DNA of 64,000 nucleotides, taken from positions 489,239-553,238 of the forward strand of contig NMRA01000015.1 of NCBI GenBank assembly GCA_002633005.1. Reading direction: 5' to 3'. Below the pieces are notes generated by a model, which did no database searches, had not been told where the DNA came from, and was given only the letters and a program-made list of their open reading frames with translations. Of the stretch, positions 33,630 through 48,738 are shown piece by piece. Numbering within the stretch: the stretch's first letter is position 1; each line of letters begins with the position of its first letter. This DNA comes from Phoronis australis. Lineage: Eukaryota; Animalia; Phoronida. Both the position numbers and the translations under genes were made by a program.

Positions 33630-36600
33630 ATTTGGACCAAACGGACAATCTTGCAAAGAAAAGGAAATCTGATTTGCAGACGTCATTTAATCATCGACTC
33701 ATTGAAAACAATATTAGTTAAACGCTCGTTTTCATTGTGAAAGAATATCTCCTTATTAAAAAACAACTACACGTTGTTGTCGTTCAACGGAAGTAAGTTT
33801 TTGATGGTTGAACAAGCTTATGTAAACACAAATTTGTAAACAAAAGGTGAAAGATTATTTTTTACGTGTACCACTGTTCTTTGTTTTGTTTGTTCCGTGC
33901 CAATGGGTCTTTTGACTAGTGACACTGTGACGCATGATGGAAAGTCTATCTTGTGAATTAGAGAAAGCAACTTGCCGGGTGATGGTACCGATTTTATTTT
34001 CTGTGACCAACGCCGGCAAAACTAAAATACAGTTTTTGTTGTTAAGTTATAATATTAGAAAATGTGCAGAATTATGAATTGGTTTCAGTAATAAAATAAA
34101 GTTATACATCTATGGCCGTTGAATGGTTGCTTGCCGAATGTCTAGTTTTCTGCAGTATTCAGATATTGTTGGTAAATAATACTCACTTATTTATTTATTT
34201 ATCTACCTCCTATTCATCAACCTAAATAAATAAATTATGTTACTCGTTTAGCATTTGTTAGGGGAAACGACCGGAACAATGTTATCAATATAGATGAAAC
34301 TATTTTAAGTTGATGGCATACCTTCAAAGATAAACCTGGCAATGCAAGTTCATGTATTTGATCAGGATTCGTTTTGACTAAACGTCAGATACGAGTGAAA
34401 GCTAAAGAGGTCACGTGGTTCGCTTGTAATCATTTGAATATTTGGAAGACTTGCGTGATCTGACTGGTCGCAAGAAAGCCTTTATGAAGGTCACCCTGTT
34501 TGATTTTTGTTCTAATAAAGGAGCGTTTTTGATTTATGATTGTGGATTTTACTTCGGCATTTAAAATGATAAAGAATCGAAATCAATCTAAAACATACAT
34601 TCAAGAGTTGGAAATATCTTTTCCCGAAAAATTGGACGCGGTCATTTTATTTTTTGTTCTACTTTTCATTCTTAGAAATGAATAAATACTAGATATTTTA
34701 ATTCAAAATTACCAAATTCTTGCAAACACTTTTGTCACTACGATAATTGTTACTAGCTTTTTGACGCTTTATCTTTGCCTAAAATGCATTTCCTTTGCAA
34801 TAATTCATATTTAGGCATTGACCGATTGACGGCTCAGGGTCACATTTTTTAGTTGAAACCTTTCAATTCATGAATACAATTGCGTTAAAATCTCCCGTGG
34901 CTCAAATTATTCCCCTCTATCTAATTATGCACCCAGGGCCCTCGAAGGGACCGGTCACGTCGGCTGGTCACTGACATTGCCGACTCGCCACCGCTTTAGC
35001 GAGCAGTGACCTATCTGTAGTTAGCTGGTGATTGATTCTCCATCGCTCACCGGTAATTCGTTCTATCTTACGTGTAATTAGGTGTAAAATTTCTATTCAT
35101 CTTTCCTAAACCGTCCCGTCTTCTCCCAGCGAGAGGCATCTCCTACCCACTTGACCGTGTATTCGTATCCATCGCAGAAATTATTAATTTAACCACTTCA
35201 GTATCTCCCGCTATTGAAGAACGGGTGTCAGAACAGTCCATAGTAAGAAGTATTATGGATTCTCTAGAGATAATACTGGTGTAGGGCAACATAAATCTTC
35301 CAACAGGTTTGGTGCGATGAATTTAAATGAAAACACTTTGATATTAAATTTAATAAAAAATAAACACCTTTTAAACTGTGGTAATCGTTACTCGTTACAT
35401 TATTTGTATGAGATTGTAGCGCAGCACGGTACATTGCGATTTATATTTTATCTCACACAACCAAGAATTGTTTCAACATGGAATAGCTAGTTATGTTAGT
35501 TTATTATTGAACGACTTGTAATTTGTAATAATAAATAAATGCAGGTTAAAAATGCCTCTCTTGACGACCACGTGGTCCATGACGGTACACAATTGATTTT
35601 CTTAAAATTTAATATGAAACAATTATGCCGTAACTGGACAACATCTTAGAAACGCCAACGTCTATGGTTGTACATTAATAACAGGCAAATTAAATGTTTG
35701 TTTGGATTCTCAATTAAGAGAATTTGCTGACCAGGATGACTTACTGCTTTTAAATTTACTGCCTGAGTATGATTGCTTTCAATAGCAGGTCTACATGCAG
35801 AATATGACTGGCCACATAATGCTACCTCTGTCTTCGAGTAGAATGCTATCGTACGCTGTTACTTTCTTGAAGCCGTCTTTAAAATGTACTATAGGCAAAG
35901 ACGACCCGCGTCGCAGGATTTAAAAGTATAATTAAAAAAATATTTCCAAGTAAATAAGACAAGTCTATATTTTTTACTGTCTTAGCTCGGGAACCGAAAT
36001 AACGATAATCTGCAATTTGTAGTAGGCAAGAACTAATCAGTTGCGAATGGGCTATCCAAAACCGAATTATTCAGATTACAAAAAAAGTTGAAAACATTTT
36101 GTCTAAGGTTATTCATTAGAAAAAATTTGAACTATTTAACAGTAAGGCCCATTATTATAATCCATCCGCCTAAAGATTGATTAACAAATTGCTACCCATC
36201 TTGTTTTCATAAAAGTTCTTCTTTATCCGTCCACTGTACGTGATGTCAGAAACTCAAGACACTGCGACCACGTGGGATGACTTGATGACGCAAGATTGCA
36301 CGTTGTCATTTGATGATGTGCTGACGTAAAATACCACGTTGATAGATAATGTCGGTGTTTTTAGAGGATCACTTTTTACGACAGTAAACAACCAAAGAAG
36401 TTAAACGAAAACATTATGAGTGGCTGAGCTAAACGTGAATATTACAAATAATATAGAGTTAAAGAAATTATTTAGTGATCGTCTTTTCGTGATGTCTCTG
36501 CTGCCTTTTGTGTGAGCTTACTACAAATCATGTTCTAGGAAAATCTTGTCTTTGTCCAATCCCTTTTAAAATCGCCAATCTTCTTTCACTTTACAAATTT

Positions 36601-39600
36601 TAATATTATTTACATTTAACGCTTTATAAAAATTGGTTTCTATTGAAGACGTTTTGGTCGAAGGGGTCAAATGCAAAAGAGACCCCACATTGATCGCACT
36701 TGGTCATTACTTGAATGGTCAATCTAGTGGGCCATCGAGAAAACCGCCACTCTTATTATTTAGCAAAAAGAAAGCTGTGATTGCTATTGGCTAGTCGATG
36801 GGCGGTAATCCGCATAATGCGTTCCACCTGCGGGCATTAAACAAGGAAAATACTCGATTGTCGTTCAACACTTTTCTTGAAACTTCTTCAAAAACGGGAA
36901 GTTCATTATCTCAAGAAACACGCTTGTTACTGAAAAAAGCGATGATGATTGGAAGGGACAGAACTGAGTTCCTCTGCCAGATTTTAAGCCGCGATAGTTT
37001 GTCAGTAATCCAATATGGGCGTTTATTTGCTGGTTGGCAACATCATCCCATTGGTTATTAAATATGCAAATGAAGCAATGCTTTAAAAATGGCCTTACAC
37101 TATTGGCTGGTGTGTATGTACATCAGTCCACACTGATGAACGTGTTTTGTCTACTGAGGTGACTAAGGTATTTTCTACACCTTAATGTTTTAATTTTTCA
37201 TCTTTTTTATCTTTTAATTTATACGGTGTTCCTGCCACATTAAAGATAAAAAGATAGAATCTGATCATTTGAAATGCAAATTAGCCAAAATTGCAACTTG
37301 GCTGTTGCATATTTGTCGTCGAGGCTAGAATGTTGAGTTCTGGGTTAGAAAACACCGTTTCCGTTCCTGAAGCGAAGATTTCTCGTCGCAAGTGCTTATG
37401 AGTGTCTTGCGTTAGTGGACGCTACCTCGGTCTCAAACGCTAATAAACTCACTGTCAGTTCCTCCCAGCCAAATAATCACATCGCTATCTGTCCAAGCAA
37501 CAATCTGACACCGGAACAATACGTTGCTTAAACGAAACATTGTGACAGGCAGAGGGTGGGTTTGTAACACATTTAAGTAAGTTTAGTTTAACAACAGACA
37601 GTGATTTTCTTCTGACTTTAAAAATCCATAAGCAACGAGGATCGAGAGGGTCACCCGACCCTGACACCGACCACACATTTTGAAGATGAATTAGGCCTAT
37701 ACGTTATGTGATGATATTTGTATTAATTTCACCACGGTTATACACTTGTAAACCAAATGCTGAGTTGAATATCTTTTTATTCACAGTTCTGTTGCGTTAT
37801 TTTGCCTTCAAAATTACACTTGTGACGTAATGTGGCACAGCAAATTATTGAATTCCGTGATCCATCATTTGGACATGGAATTATCCCGCCCACGTCCGGA
37901 TGTGAACAGACAGTAACTTACTATGAGACGGACACGTCGAGACGGACACGTCGAGACGGTCGTCACATTAAATGTACATATCCAAAACCTTCAACCGTGT
38001 TCAATCTTTGCATTTCTCCGTAGGTACCCATTACACGACATATCAAAAGAAGTCAGTGACGTACTGTGCATAAAATCGCTTATACAAATTTTTATTGTCC
38101 GCAAACAAGGATAAATTGAAATGTGATGAGGGGGTTAGATATGACGAATCGCCCCAAGCAGTAGCTGTCTGTGTATGGTCGAAAAACATGCGGTTGACAT
38201 GTTATGCGTATTCATTATAAGTCGCTTTACATTATGTTGTCACGCGAAAAAATAACACTGACTCCAGCAAATTGTTGTTTTGCAACTTGTAGTCTCCCGG
38301 GGCTGTTATAGCTTTTTGTAGGTAAATTTTACGCAAGTCGAAATGACTAAATAATTTTTTCGCGCGTCGCTGGATGGCATATGCCGATTGAACGTCAAGG
38401 ATTCTATGCATTGAAAGACCATATAACGCTTGATGAAGCGGTGACAATACTTTTATACCGAGTGACCCTCTCGTTAAAACAGCTCTGTTTTGATGTGCAC
38501 GTGACCGACTTAACACGATCAACACAGAGGGGTTGACTGTTTTTGTTGCCGGCAAAAAGTAATTGTGAACGTTTACAGTGAATACTTCGACGTTTTGTGA
38601 CTTTAGGTTCAACCATACATTATTGCATGATTCAACCGTGATACAGGGCCTAACGCTAACAATGGGGCTCATGTCAATTCAATCTCGATTGAGAATCTCT
38701 GAACACCTGAAAAACGACTAGAGAGGTCCGATCAAGCGATGGGACATGGGAACGAATTTGCCTGTTGTGTATTAGGATGAATCATAGGTTCTCAACCTTA
38801 CGGAGAATAAACATTTCATCAACACTGTATATGAAACTCAAAGGCAGGCGTAGTTGCTATTTATCTCTATACATAATACATGAAAAAAACAATTCTACAC
38901 TTTGTTTAACTTACTAGGAAACCGAAATATATAGTGGTCATTTACTACAGAAGCCACAACGAGGCTGTTGAAGTTTATGCGCGAAGTGATACAAATATCA
39001 ACCAAGGTCTAAAAATGTCGTTTCTCAGTCAAATATCGGCCTGACAAGTACCCTACGTAGGCAAGTATTGAACAGTTAAATCAACCGTAGACAGACTCAT
39101 GGACTACGGTTTTTGCAGAGAAGGCGGAACCTGCGTTTTTGTGATACCCTGACGCGGGCTTAGAGCGTCGTCAATTATGTTCTTTTCTCTCTTCAATGCG
39201 AACATTTGGATAAATACAAAAAGACAACGATGTCCTCATCATCAAATTTGTAGTTCAAAGGTCAGCCTCTCGAGGGCAAAGTTTAGCCGTAACCTGTGAC
39301 GCAGGTACTCGCAGTCTTAGTTCAGCCCAGACTTGTGGCTTACATACGAATGCATAACCTAGATCATACATACACCATTGTGACGATGCGTTATTGGGTA
39401 CATGTGTTACGCAACAACCAAATTATTATTAGGGCAGCCAGACGGGTACTTCGGAGTGCATGTATTTGATATCACTGTTTATTTAAGCTTTCCACGCTAC
39501 CTTTAGTCAAATCACACCTTTTCTTGCATTCTACCTTTTGATGTGACCGTCAACAGGTATTTAAAGGTGACAGCCGAACAAAAGTCAATAGGATGTGACC

Positions 39601-41543
39601 ATTTTTAGATGGTGGAATCGATTACATTCTCCGCTTCCCCGGAGGAAAATTCGCCCCCATTCCACGATATTATCGAGGACACTACACGTGACAAAACAAA
39701 AACACACACACACATATATATAAAACCTATCAAGATGTCAAATCCTTTATTTAGTATAACAATACTTAAAAGTTTCATTTATTCTGCTATGTTATGACAC
39801 AAAAAGCTGTTAAGTTAAATAAACAGGATTTTCATTCGACAGGTGATAACTATTTACACAAAGCTTGAATAAAATAAAGCACGAAAAAGTTACTCTAAGC
39901 ACAAAATTATAAGCGACACTGAAATTTAACGCCGATGTCTAAAATAACCAGAACCCTCTATGTAAGCCAAAACAAGATGTGCGTTCTTGCTAGGAACCAA
40001 TAAGAGAAGGAATAGAAACGAGGTATGGTTCCTAGGTTCTTGTAACGAACGTAATTTTTCGACGTTAAAGTAACCTGTTGTACGTTTCTTGTACAAAACT
40101 ATGAAAAATAGATCTGTTGTTTGGGGATCGAACTTTTGCCGCAATCGAGACTATACAGAAGCTCATCCAATTCGTAACAAACCATTAAAATGCGACGTCG
40201 CTGTCCAAAATTCTATCCAAGGTGTTTCCGAGTTTAACTCTGGTGTTTACATTTCAAAAGAAACTTGGCAAAGTCGTAGCAATGGTGCAATGTTTCCGTG
40301 AGCAAATATTTGAACGGCGATACTCAGCCATGTATTGCCTGAACACTGTCACACATTGCTACAAAAGAATTTGAAATGTTACACCTGGTTTTAAAACGAA
40401 AACACCCAGGTGAAAAGGAGGGCTATAGACTTTTCACCGTGTCCGTCTAAATGGTTTTTGCGTGTTACTTTTATTGAAATCAACCCTATATTGTATTCGA
40501 TCCATGTTGTTTTCATTACAAAGAAAATAAAGTAACACACTTGTCCGTAACTTATGACTTAAGAAAATAGTCCATGAAACTTGATGATAATTTCATTCAT
40601 TAGTCTTCATCCAAAAGGACGCTCATGAATAGCACGGTGTAAATTTCGTATTTGGGAGAAAATCTATCATACACAAAGGTATATGTTATTTCCCCGTACA
40701 CGTGTTGGTGAATCGTTTTATGTTTCGACAATCAACTCGCAGGACGCACACAGGTGTTCGTCTGGCGCAGAAAGAAAACGGACACGACTCTAAGATAACA
40801 TTTTTGTTACGAAATGAGTTCTTTTCAACCATATTTTGAAATAGCTGTAACTGGAATGTCCTGCACTCTGTACTTCGCGCAGGATTACCAAAACCGATCT
40901 GCTTCAGAGACAATCCTCTAACAAAGATAAATGCAGTTACAGTCCAGCACACGATCCGCCGAGAATAAATCCTGTGCGTATGTAAATTATTCTAAAATCT
41001 ATTGCTTTTGATATTGTTCAGCCTCCTTATGATAAGAGTGTTTTATGTATTTTATACAGAAAGGAAAATGTTTATCGTGTCTTTAATGTTTTATACACGA
41101 CTTGGCAATTACGGGATATTTTATAGAGGTGAAAATACGTTTTATTTTGATTTTAAATCAAAATTATTGCATTCATTTCGAAGTCGCACTATTGACGAGA
41201 AAAGTTTTTTTTTAATCAGATAAGCTCCGATTCGAACCGAGAATCTTAATATCGCGTTCGCAAACAAAATCCTTCTGCGAAATCTCATCCATTAAATGCC
41301 AGAGTATTTCAAGCCTATTGAACTGATCTCATCGAATGTCTGGCAGATAGCAATGAGAATTGGTTATTTGTAACGAAATCCCAAAGACGCAAATGGATTT
41401 CATTGTTTTATCGCCCTGATCAAAGGTACTCACTTTGAAAAGTCTATCCCATCCAACAATAATCCACAAAATGTAAAAACTATAATTTTCTTTTAAACAA
41501 GTCGACCTGTATTAAACTTATTTTACTACAACCGGCTATCAAA

Positions 41544-41612
41544 CCTGACTTTGAAGCTTTGCCTGACTGGAGCTTTGCCTGACGTTGAAGCTTTGCCTGA
41601 CTTTGAAGCTTT
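41544..41612. repeat. 18-bp repeat ~x4
   Basis: cctgactttgaagctttg. Confidence 0.85.
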
Positions 41613-44039
41613 TAAATAACGTTGTTGTAAAGCAAAAAACATAGAATACTATGCTTGTTCTGCCTTGTCACATATTTTATACATAGGGTAAGACAGTAAC
41701 TCTTAATTTGTCCATTTAAATGGCATTTACAACCAAATATTTGATAAAAATATCAGTACAATTGCACGTCAGACTAAAACGTCATAGGCCTAAGCTATTT
41801 TACAACGTGCAGTTTATCGTTACGAACACCAAAAGTATTTTTTCACAATCGAGTCAATAGCGCACTTGCCTAAGCGAGTAATCGAAAAAAAATCAGAATT
41901 CATGTTTGCATGACCTGGCAGTGACTCCAAAACTTGGCATGACGAACTTTTCCTATTTTAAAAGGCAAGGACTAGTCTATTGTTCCTGTGTCTCACTCAA
42001 CTCTCGTTTCTTCAAACAAGTGCGGGATGAAAACGTTGTCACGTGACGTCACCAGTATGGTTTAGCAATGATATTGGTGCACGTGCAGGATCGTGTTTCA
42101 TTTCGCTATTGTAACTTGAGTAGTGGGAATATTTAGCAGACAATAAGTTAGCACTCTTTGTCAAAACCAACAGTTGACTGGGGCCACTTACCATACGTCT
42201 CACTTTGTTCCTTTCTCAGATCAGAAATGATTTCTATTCTTGCGTAAATTTTTAAACACAAAAATATAACTCAGTTTCAACTTTTAACTCTAGCCTGGGG
42301 CTGGGATCGAAAATAAAGTCGAATTTCATTTTAATTCGTAGTTCAAACAATCCACTTTTTATTTTTTTAACACCAATGACCAAAATGTTATATTTCGTGT
42401 AAAACTTCTGTTTTTTTAGCTTTTCGTCACGTGACTTCGTGCAACCTCTCGGTTCTTCACATTTGATCAAAAGGTGGCTTATTCAGACATTCGAGCATTG
42501 CTTGAAACAAATCCATTGAATTGCAGCACACGTGTGCCAACCCCTGGCTTTTCCGAGGCTATACTTGCACTCACTCACACCCTGATAACATCGTCAGACT
42601 CGTTTACCTACACAACAGAACAGCTCTTTATGAATAGTTTGTCAGCCCCCGGCTGGTGAATCTATGCCACCTTCCCAATGTGATCGCCATTGACTTTTCA
42701 CTGAATAGCGCGTCTCCTGTGAACAGCCTATTGTGGACTATTTGTTGTTTCGTTGCGTATTCACGATTTCTTTACAAGAGGTTGTCGGATGTTTATTATG
42801 AAAATAAATAGGAGCGTTTCCTTCACATCATTTCAATTACATATTGACCTTTTAACTCTCCGCTATTATGACTAGAGTTGACTGCACCGATTTAAACGCT
42901 TCAATAAATGTTACTTTGCAGGTAAGTCAATACAACGTCCGAACTAACCCTGGCTAATACGTAACACTTTGCCCCCTCCATTTACTGCAGCCGAAATCAG
43001 GTTAATTAAAATGGGATTACGAAACTTTTTTTAAAATTGGGTTAACTTTTAAATGTAGCGGTGATTTTTAATTAATTCAATTGAATTGCACTTTACGCTC
43101 GCATTGTGTTTGACGAATTAGGTTCTATTGTACGACATTCAACCAGGCGTTACATCAGCAAATAATAGAAATAAACTCGAAGTTCAGAATAAATGTTGAC
43201 TTCAATTAAATTCTGACAGCGATTCATGTCAACGCTGAGAAGTCCCGTTTCCAGTGGTCCGGTTTGCTCGTCTTGTGTAAATAGTATGTATTAGCATTAC
43301 GCAATCAAAAACCACAAAACTGTAAACACGGTTGAGAAGTCAAGTCTCAAGCACCTCGTATTGTATATTGATCTTTCCAGTAGCAGACTTTCGCTCACAT
43401 TGTATTTTTTCTGTATTTGTTTTCGTAATTAACACATTAAATGTATTGTGGAACTGAAGTGGTCTGTGGTGTGTGGAGTCGCGTCTACCACACTTGCTGG
43501 AAATACCGACAGACCGCCCACACTAATGCAGAGCCCGGGCACAAGGCAAGCACAGAGCGCCTACCAACGTACACTATGGAGGCACTAGAGTTTTTACCAC
43601 TTGGGGGCAAAATGAGCAATTGTTAGTGACTGATGGTCGCGGTGGGTGTGCGGGGGTGCTGAAATGAGTGCCAACCTGGGGCACTTTGCAATGAAGGATG
43701 TGGGGGGGGGGCAAAACGCAAAATTGAAAAATTGAAATGACTTTCTCTCGGGAAAGAGCGTATTTTTCAAGGATCATGGGGACCATGACCCAATGTGCTC
43801 CCCCTCCCCGTTGTTGCCCCCGTGAGTGGGACAATTTGTATGGAAACTGGCGAAGTTCACGCTCACAATTAAAAAAAGAAAACATAAAAATAGCTGTCCG
43901 TATTCAGAGTTGCGACATTCAGGTGATCCTGAATAATAAAGTTGAAGCACTGCTCATATGATGAGAAAAGTGGCAAAATAACAAAGGCCATTGACAACTA
44001 ACGCCTCATGTTAATGCTTTCTGCGGCTTTCGGTCGTCA

Positions 44040-44205
44040 CATGGGCGGCACAGCACTGAAAAAAGTGTTTGTGTGTGTGTATGGAGGGGGGTGGGGGTAT
44101 AGCCCCCAGCACCCCGTGGTGCACCACCCATAGACCATGAGCAGCGCAGCACTGAAAAAAGTGGGGGCCCATAGCCCTCCCAGCCCCTTATGGTGCGCTA
44201 CCTAT
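44040..44205. mobile_element. Two adjacent copies of the CATGGGCG mini-MITE
   Basis: Both share AGCACTGAAA..AAGTG, G-run, ATAGCC..CCCAGC and GGTGC..CC(C/T)AT with 26259-26337. Confidence 0.6.
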
Positions 44206-47200
44206 GCATCAGTTTAGGTTTTAGACATTTGTTTTATAATTTAAGATTCATGGAAATAATATAATGATAATATCAAAAATCTGTCGTATTGGGTTGTTTT
44301 ATCACCATCATCATGAGTAATGTTGAAATAACAGTATATTTACATCATTCATTTATTATGTAAGCCATGAATTTGTTACGGAATTGTGCGCCCTGTAAGA
44401 ACTTTGCAGTGAATAGGATGCGTCAGTAAAAGTCTCGCTCGATCTCGCCTAATCACTTGCTTTTTACGATTTTTGGTCAATGTGATACACCACAGGAGAA
44501 CACGCAAAGTGTCTCTTATGAGAGTAAACGCGAGTCCTTGCTTGGCTAAAATCTCCTGAAGGGCCTATCGTTGACGTACCGCTGTGAATGTACCTGAAAA
44601 GCACAATTCATTCGCACTTGGCTGTTAGCTAAAGTGGACGTAACTGACATTAAATTTCTACAAAGCCGACACCTGTGCATGACACAATTGAAGGACTTGA
44701 CTATCCGTAGGCTCTTGACATTTCGTTCCCACACCTTTAAGCATGTCTCATCCCCGAGACATGATTAAATATCAACGGAACATCCCCATCCCCCCGGCTT
44801 CGACTAATTATGCTCGTTATTCCGTTCCACCGCATTGGCTAAGAAGGGGACTAACTCTGACTTTGACGGGATCGGGTCTTCACACGAGTTTTCAAGGACA
44901 TAGAAGCGAATTTGGTGTTGTCACAATACCGGCATTGCATGGGCGTGATTTGTTCAGTTGAAATCACCTGTCAAACGAACAAGATGGTTGACAACGCGGT
45001 CAGCTTAGCCTATTGTCACAAGCCTTCAGAGACTTATCTGTAATAAAGGGACGTGAACGCAATAATTTGATAATGGCCATCTATTTGGACTGCGAATGAA
45101 TAGAGTAGTCGTAACTTGGCCGGAAAATCTTGTCGTTGCTGTTTTGAAACACGTACGTAGTGCCGTTAAAATGAACCTAATGTTTGTGGCTAATGAGGAT
45201 TACGTTTCCATGACTCTGGTTAGTCATACTGGATTCCATCACGATTGAAAATCAGTGCCCACTGGATGTTTCAAACATTACCAAAAGAAAACTTTCGCAT
45301 ATTTTAACGACAGCGGTAAGAACAAACTCGCAGTTTAGACGCAAACCAAATGGTTGTCAAAATTGTTTCAACAAAACCTCAATAGGATTAATTGCTGCGC
45401 ATCTGGGCGATTAAACGAAGATTCTGAACTTGAGATGGCTTTGGTGAATTTTTAGGTGAAGAGTTTTACGGACCAGATTCGAAAAATTGTACATACTGAC
45501 TAACAGCGTGTTACTGACACTCAAGCAAAGAAGTGAAATTACACTGTTTAAACGAAACACAAAAAGTATGACATGTTTTTGATATCCGCATATTTTTTAA
45601 AAGCAAAGATCAAGACACTGGTTATTGTTTTCATTTACTTGATTAAGTACAAGTTAGCGATGACTAATGAGCCAGGTGATCGTCGACTGATGTCACGGGT
45701 ATAAGTTAAGCCATGTTGAGATCGTAATCCACTTGAAGACGGTTATGAAATATTCCTGTCAAAATTCGCGTTCACTGACTCCTTTGCCTCGAGCCCGGCT
45801 TGTTGACGGCTCTCGAATCTCCTCGTCCAAAGGTGGGAATTTGGACAGATTACGTTAAGTCGTCTACCGCGAACAATTGGTAGACAATTTGTAAACAGTT
45901 TGAACGCCTACTTGATGGAGAGATTTCGTACAAATTGCTACACCCCGTGGCTTAAAGTCAAGTTATTTGGACCGGGTTATTGTAGTTCGTCCACGTAACT
46001 CAGTAGTCTCCATTCAAGCGCGCACAGTAATGTCCATGTTCCTTAGATGTAACAGGTTAAAATTATCCCCGGGGGGTTCTCGTCCAAATAATGGATTGGG
46101 GTATGCTTCCGTGCAGTCAAAATGCAGAACAATACAATACCTTAGTAGAAGGAAAATAGGTACCCGAGGCAATTACGACGTGACGAAAGCTCTTGCCTGA
46201 GACATCATGTTTGCCCCACATCCCCGCCCCACCCTCCACCCTGGTAGTCATTTCTTTCGTTTATCCTGCATTCCAGACGATACCTCAAGGTCGCCATGTA
46301 CCGATACCATAAAGACGCCACGTACCTACCAAAATACCTGGAATGGTAGGGTGAAGTATCAAAATAGCTACCCTAGACGACACCCGAAAGGACAAAATAC
46401 CCATCCGAATAGCTCCACACCCTTACTAAGTCTTTAAGTAGGAGAGCCCCCGGAAATTATCAGTGAAATATTTGACTGTGAGTGCAATTTCCAATGCCAC
46501 TGATCATTTTGGCGAATTCCAATAGCACATTTATGGCACGTCCACACCAATTTACGACAATATCGTGTCGCATTTTTGTTAGAGGCACTCAGCGTTTTAA
46601 TAAATGGAGTAAACCCGTGGGAACGCAGCAAGATGAATATCCGACTTGTGATTTCCAAAACTCGCCATGACTGTTTCTTACAAGACTACTTATACAATCC
46701 AATAAACTAAATTATACATCAACAGTTTCAATTGATTTAACCTTGGCAGTTGAAAGCAATACTATAAATCAAAATTTTGACTCGGTTTTCCAGTCAAGTG
46801 GAAGTTCAATCTGCTTAATCTCCATTAACAATCTCACTCGAAACTTTCATTCATATTTTATTGAATGACTTTGCACTTATCTCAGTAGAACACCTCAAAG
46901 TATCACAAGACCTGATATATTTACCATCTTGCTATTGGAAACAATAGATATCGAAGTGCCATATCTGGGCGGCCATTTTTATGTTGTGAACCATGATATT
47001 TGCCAAGTTAAAAATATTAATGAGCTTACAATCAAATTTTAGCTGCATTGTCGTTACATTATTTTGTTGAATTGACAATCGTGTTTCTGTAACTCTCACA
47101 TGAGCCACATTTAGTTTACATCAGCTCCAAAAATACGGATATTGTTGCAGCCGTCCAGAATCACTAAAACTTTTTAAATGAATATATTCGATCAAGATAG

Positions 47201-48605
47201 GAATTTGTCGGTCATTCATGATTACATAAATGTCAAACACATGTAAGAAAGAAGGGACTCGCATCCACCACAAAGAATATTCGGAAATCGAGGAAATTAC
47301 GAAGCGAATTAATTGTTGCTAATGGGAATTAGCCAAGACAATAGAATTAAAAATTTACTAAAAATATGACCATGGATAGAAACTAAAATGGAAATTTGTT
47401 GTTATCAATATTTCACGTTGCTCTTTGCAAAACCATTGCCGCCAAGTAATTCATTAAATTCCTATCTTAATTATTCACGAGATCGCAGCGTGGTATTGTA
47501 ATAACAGTGATTGACTACGAGGCCGTTGTTGGTAAGGCTAGTTATAACGTGCACACGCATGCATCCTTATTGAGCGTTACCTAAGCATGCAGAATACAAT
47601 GATCACGAGTTCTTACTGGTTTAATTCCAATAGGCCAGACCTGCACCTATACATGTACTTTTGGCTCACACATTTAGTTCTTTGAAATGGAGAAAAAACG
47701 ACAGATGGCATCTAAATGTAGGACTACAAATTGACCAAATCGAATATAACGCGAGTATTTTGCAAACGAGGAGAGCGTTTTGCTATTTCGTTGTTATTAT
47801 CGTACGTTGGAGGCAATATCCTAGTGAAACATATCTTAGATGCTTGCTTAGTTCTGTGCTGAGGCTCACTGACTTTGTTTAGACCGACAGAAAAGGATTA
47901 TTTGTTATTTTCAAACGGCCATGCATGTGCTTCCGGTGCGGTAGAGGCGCAACAGTTCTTTTGCATCGCGATCGGGACATGAATTTGATGAATGTAGTGG
48001 TGACAGATAATTCACTGAAATTTCTACTTCATATTCTTTCAAAAATGCAAGTACGCACTCATTTTTCCTTATTCTTAAGACGTGCTTTGATGTCCTATTT
48101 CGCGCGCTCAGGAAACTCAAGCAAAGTGAACCAGTAACCGGGCGTTGTTTTCGGTTGGTACACCACTGCGTCTAATAATCCAAGTATTGTGCATTTTCGC
48201 ATACAGAAATATACAAAATACACCCGAGTCCGAAATCCTGAATATTTTCGGAGTGGTGAGCATTTCGCAGTAATGAGGCTTTTTCAATTACGTCGCTACC
48301 TCAAGAGGAATATCGTCCTTTTTTCTTCAAAACACTATCGCGTTTAGGAAAAAAGAACGTGGTTACAGGCCAATGTACCCTCTGGGTCTCAAATCTGCTG
48401 GCCAATTTGGAGAACTTGCGGGTCACGTTAGTATTTTCTTCCCTTTGTTGATTCGAAGTTTTTGGGAGAAGATGCGTTTTCTGATTTCGCTTACTATTTC
48501 AGTCAGTACATTAGTGCGCGATCAAAGGGTACAACCTCCTTTACACCAGTCGTGGGCCAGCAGACACTAGAAATCGCAGTAGAAATTCCCGACCGCCTCC
48601 GTCAA

Positions 48606-48738
<133 letters not shown>

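Noticed and set aside
34443-34465. TGGAAGACT resembling the miR-7 5' end
   Set aside because: Only 9 nt match and there is no pre-miRNA hairpin
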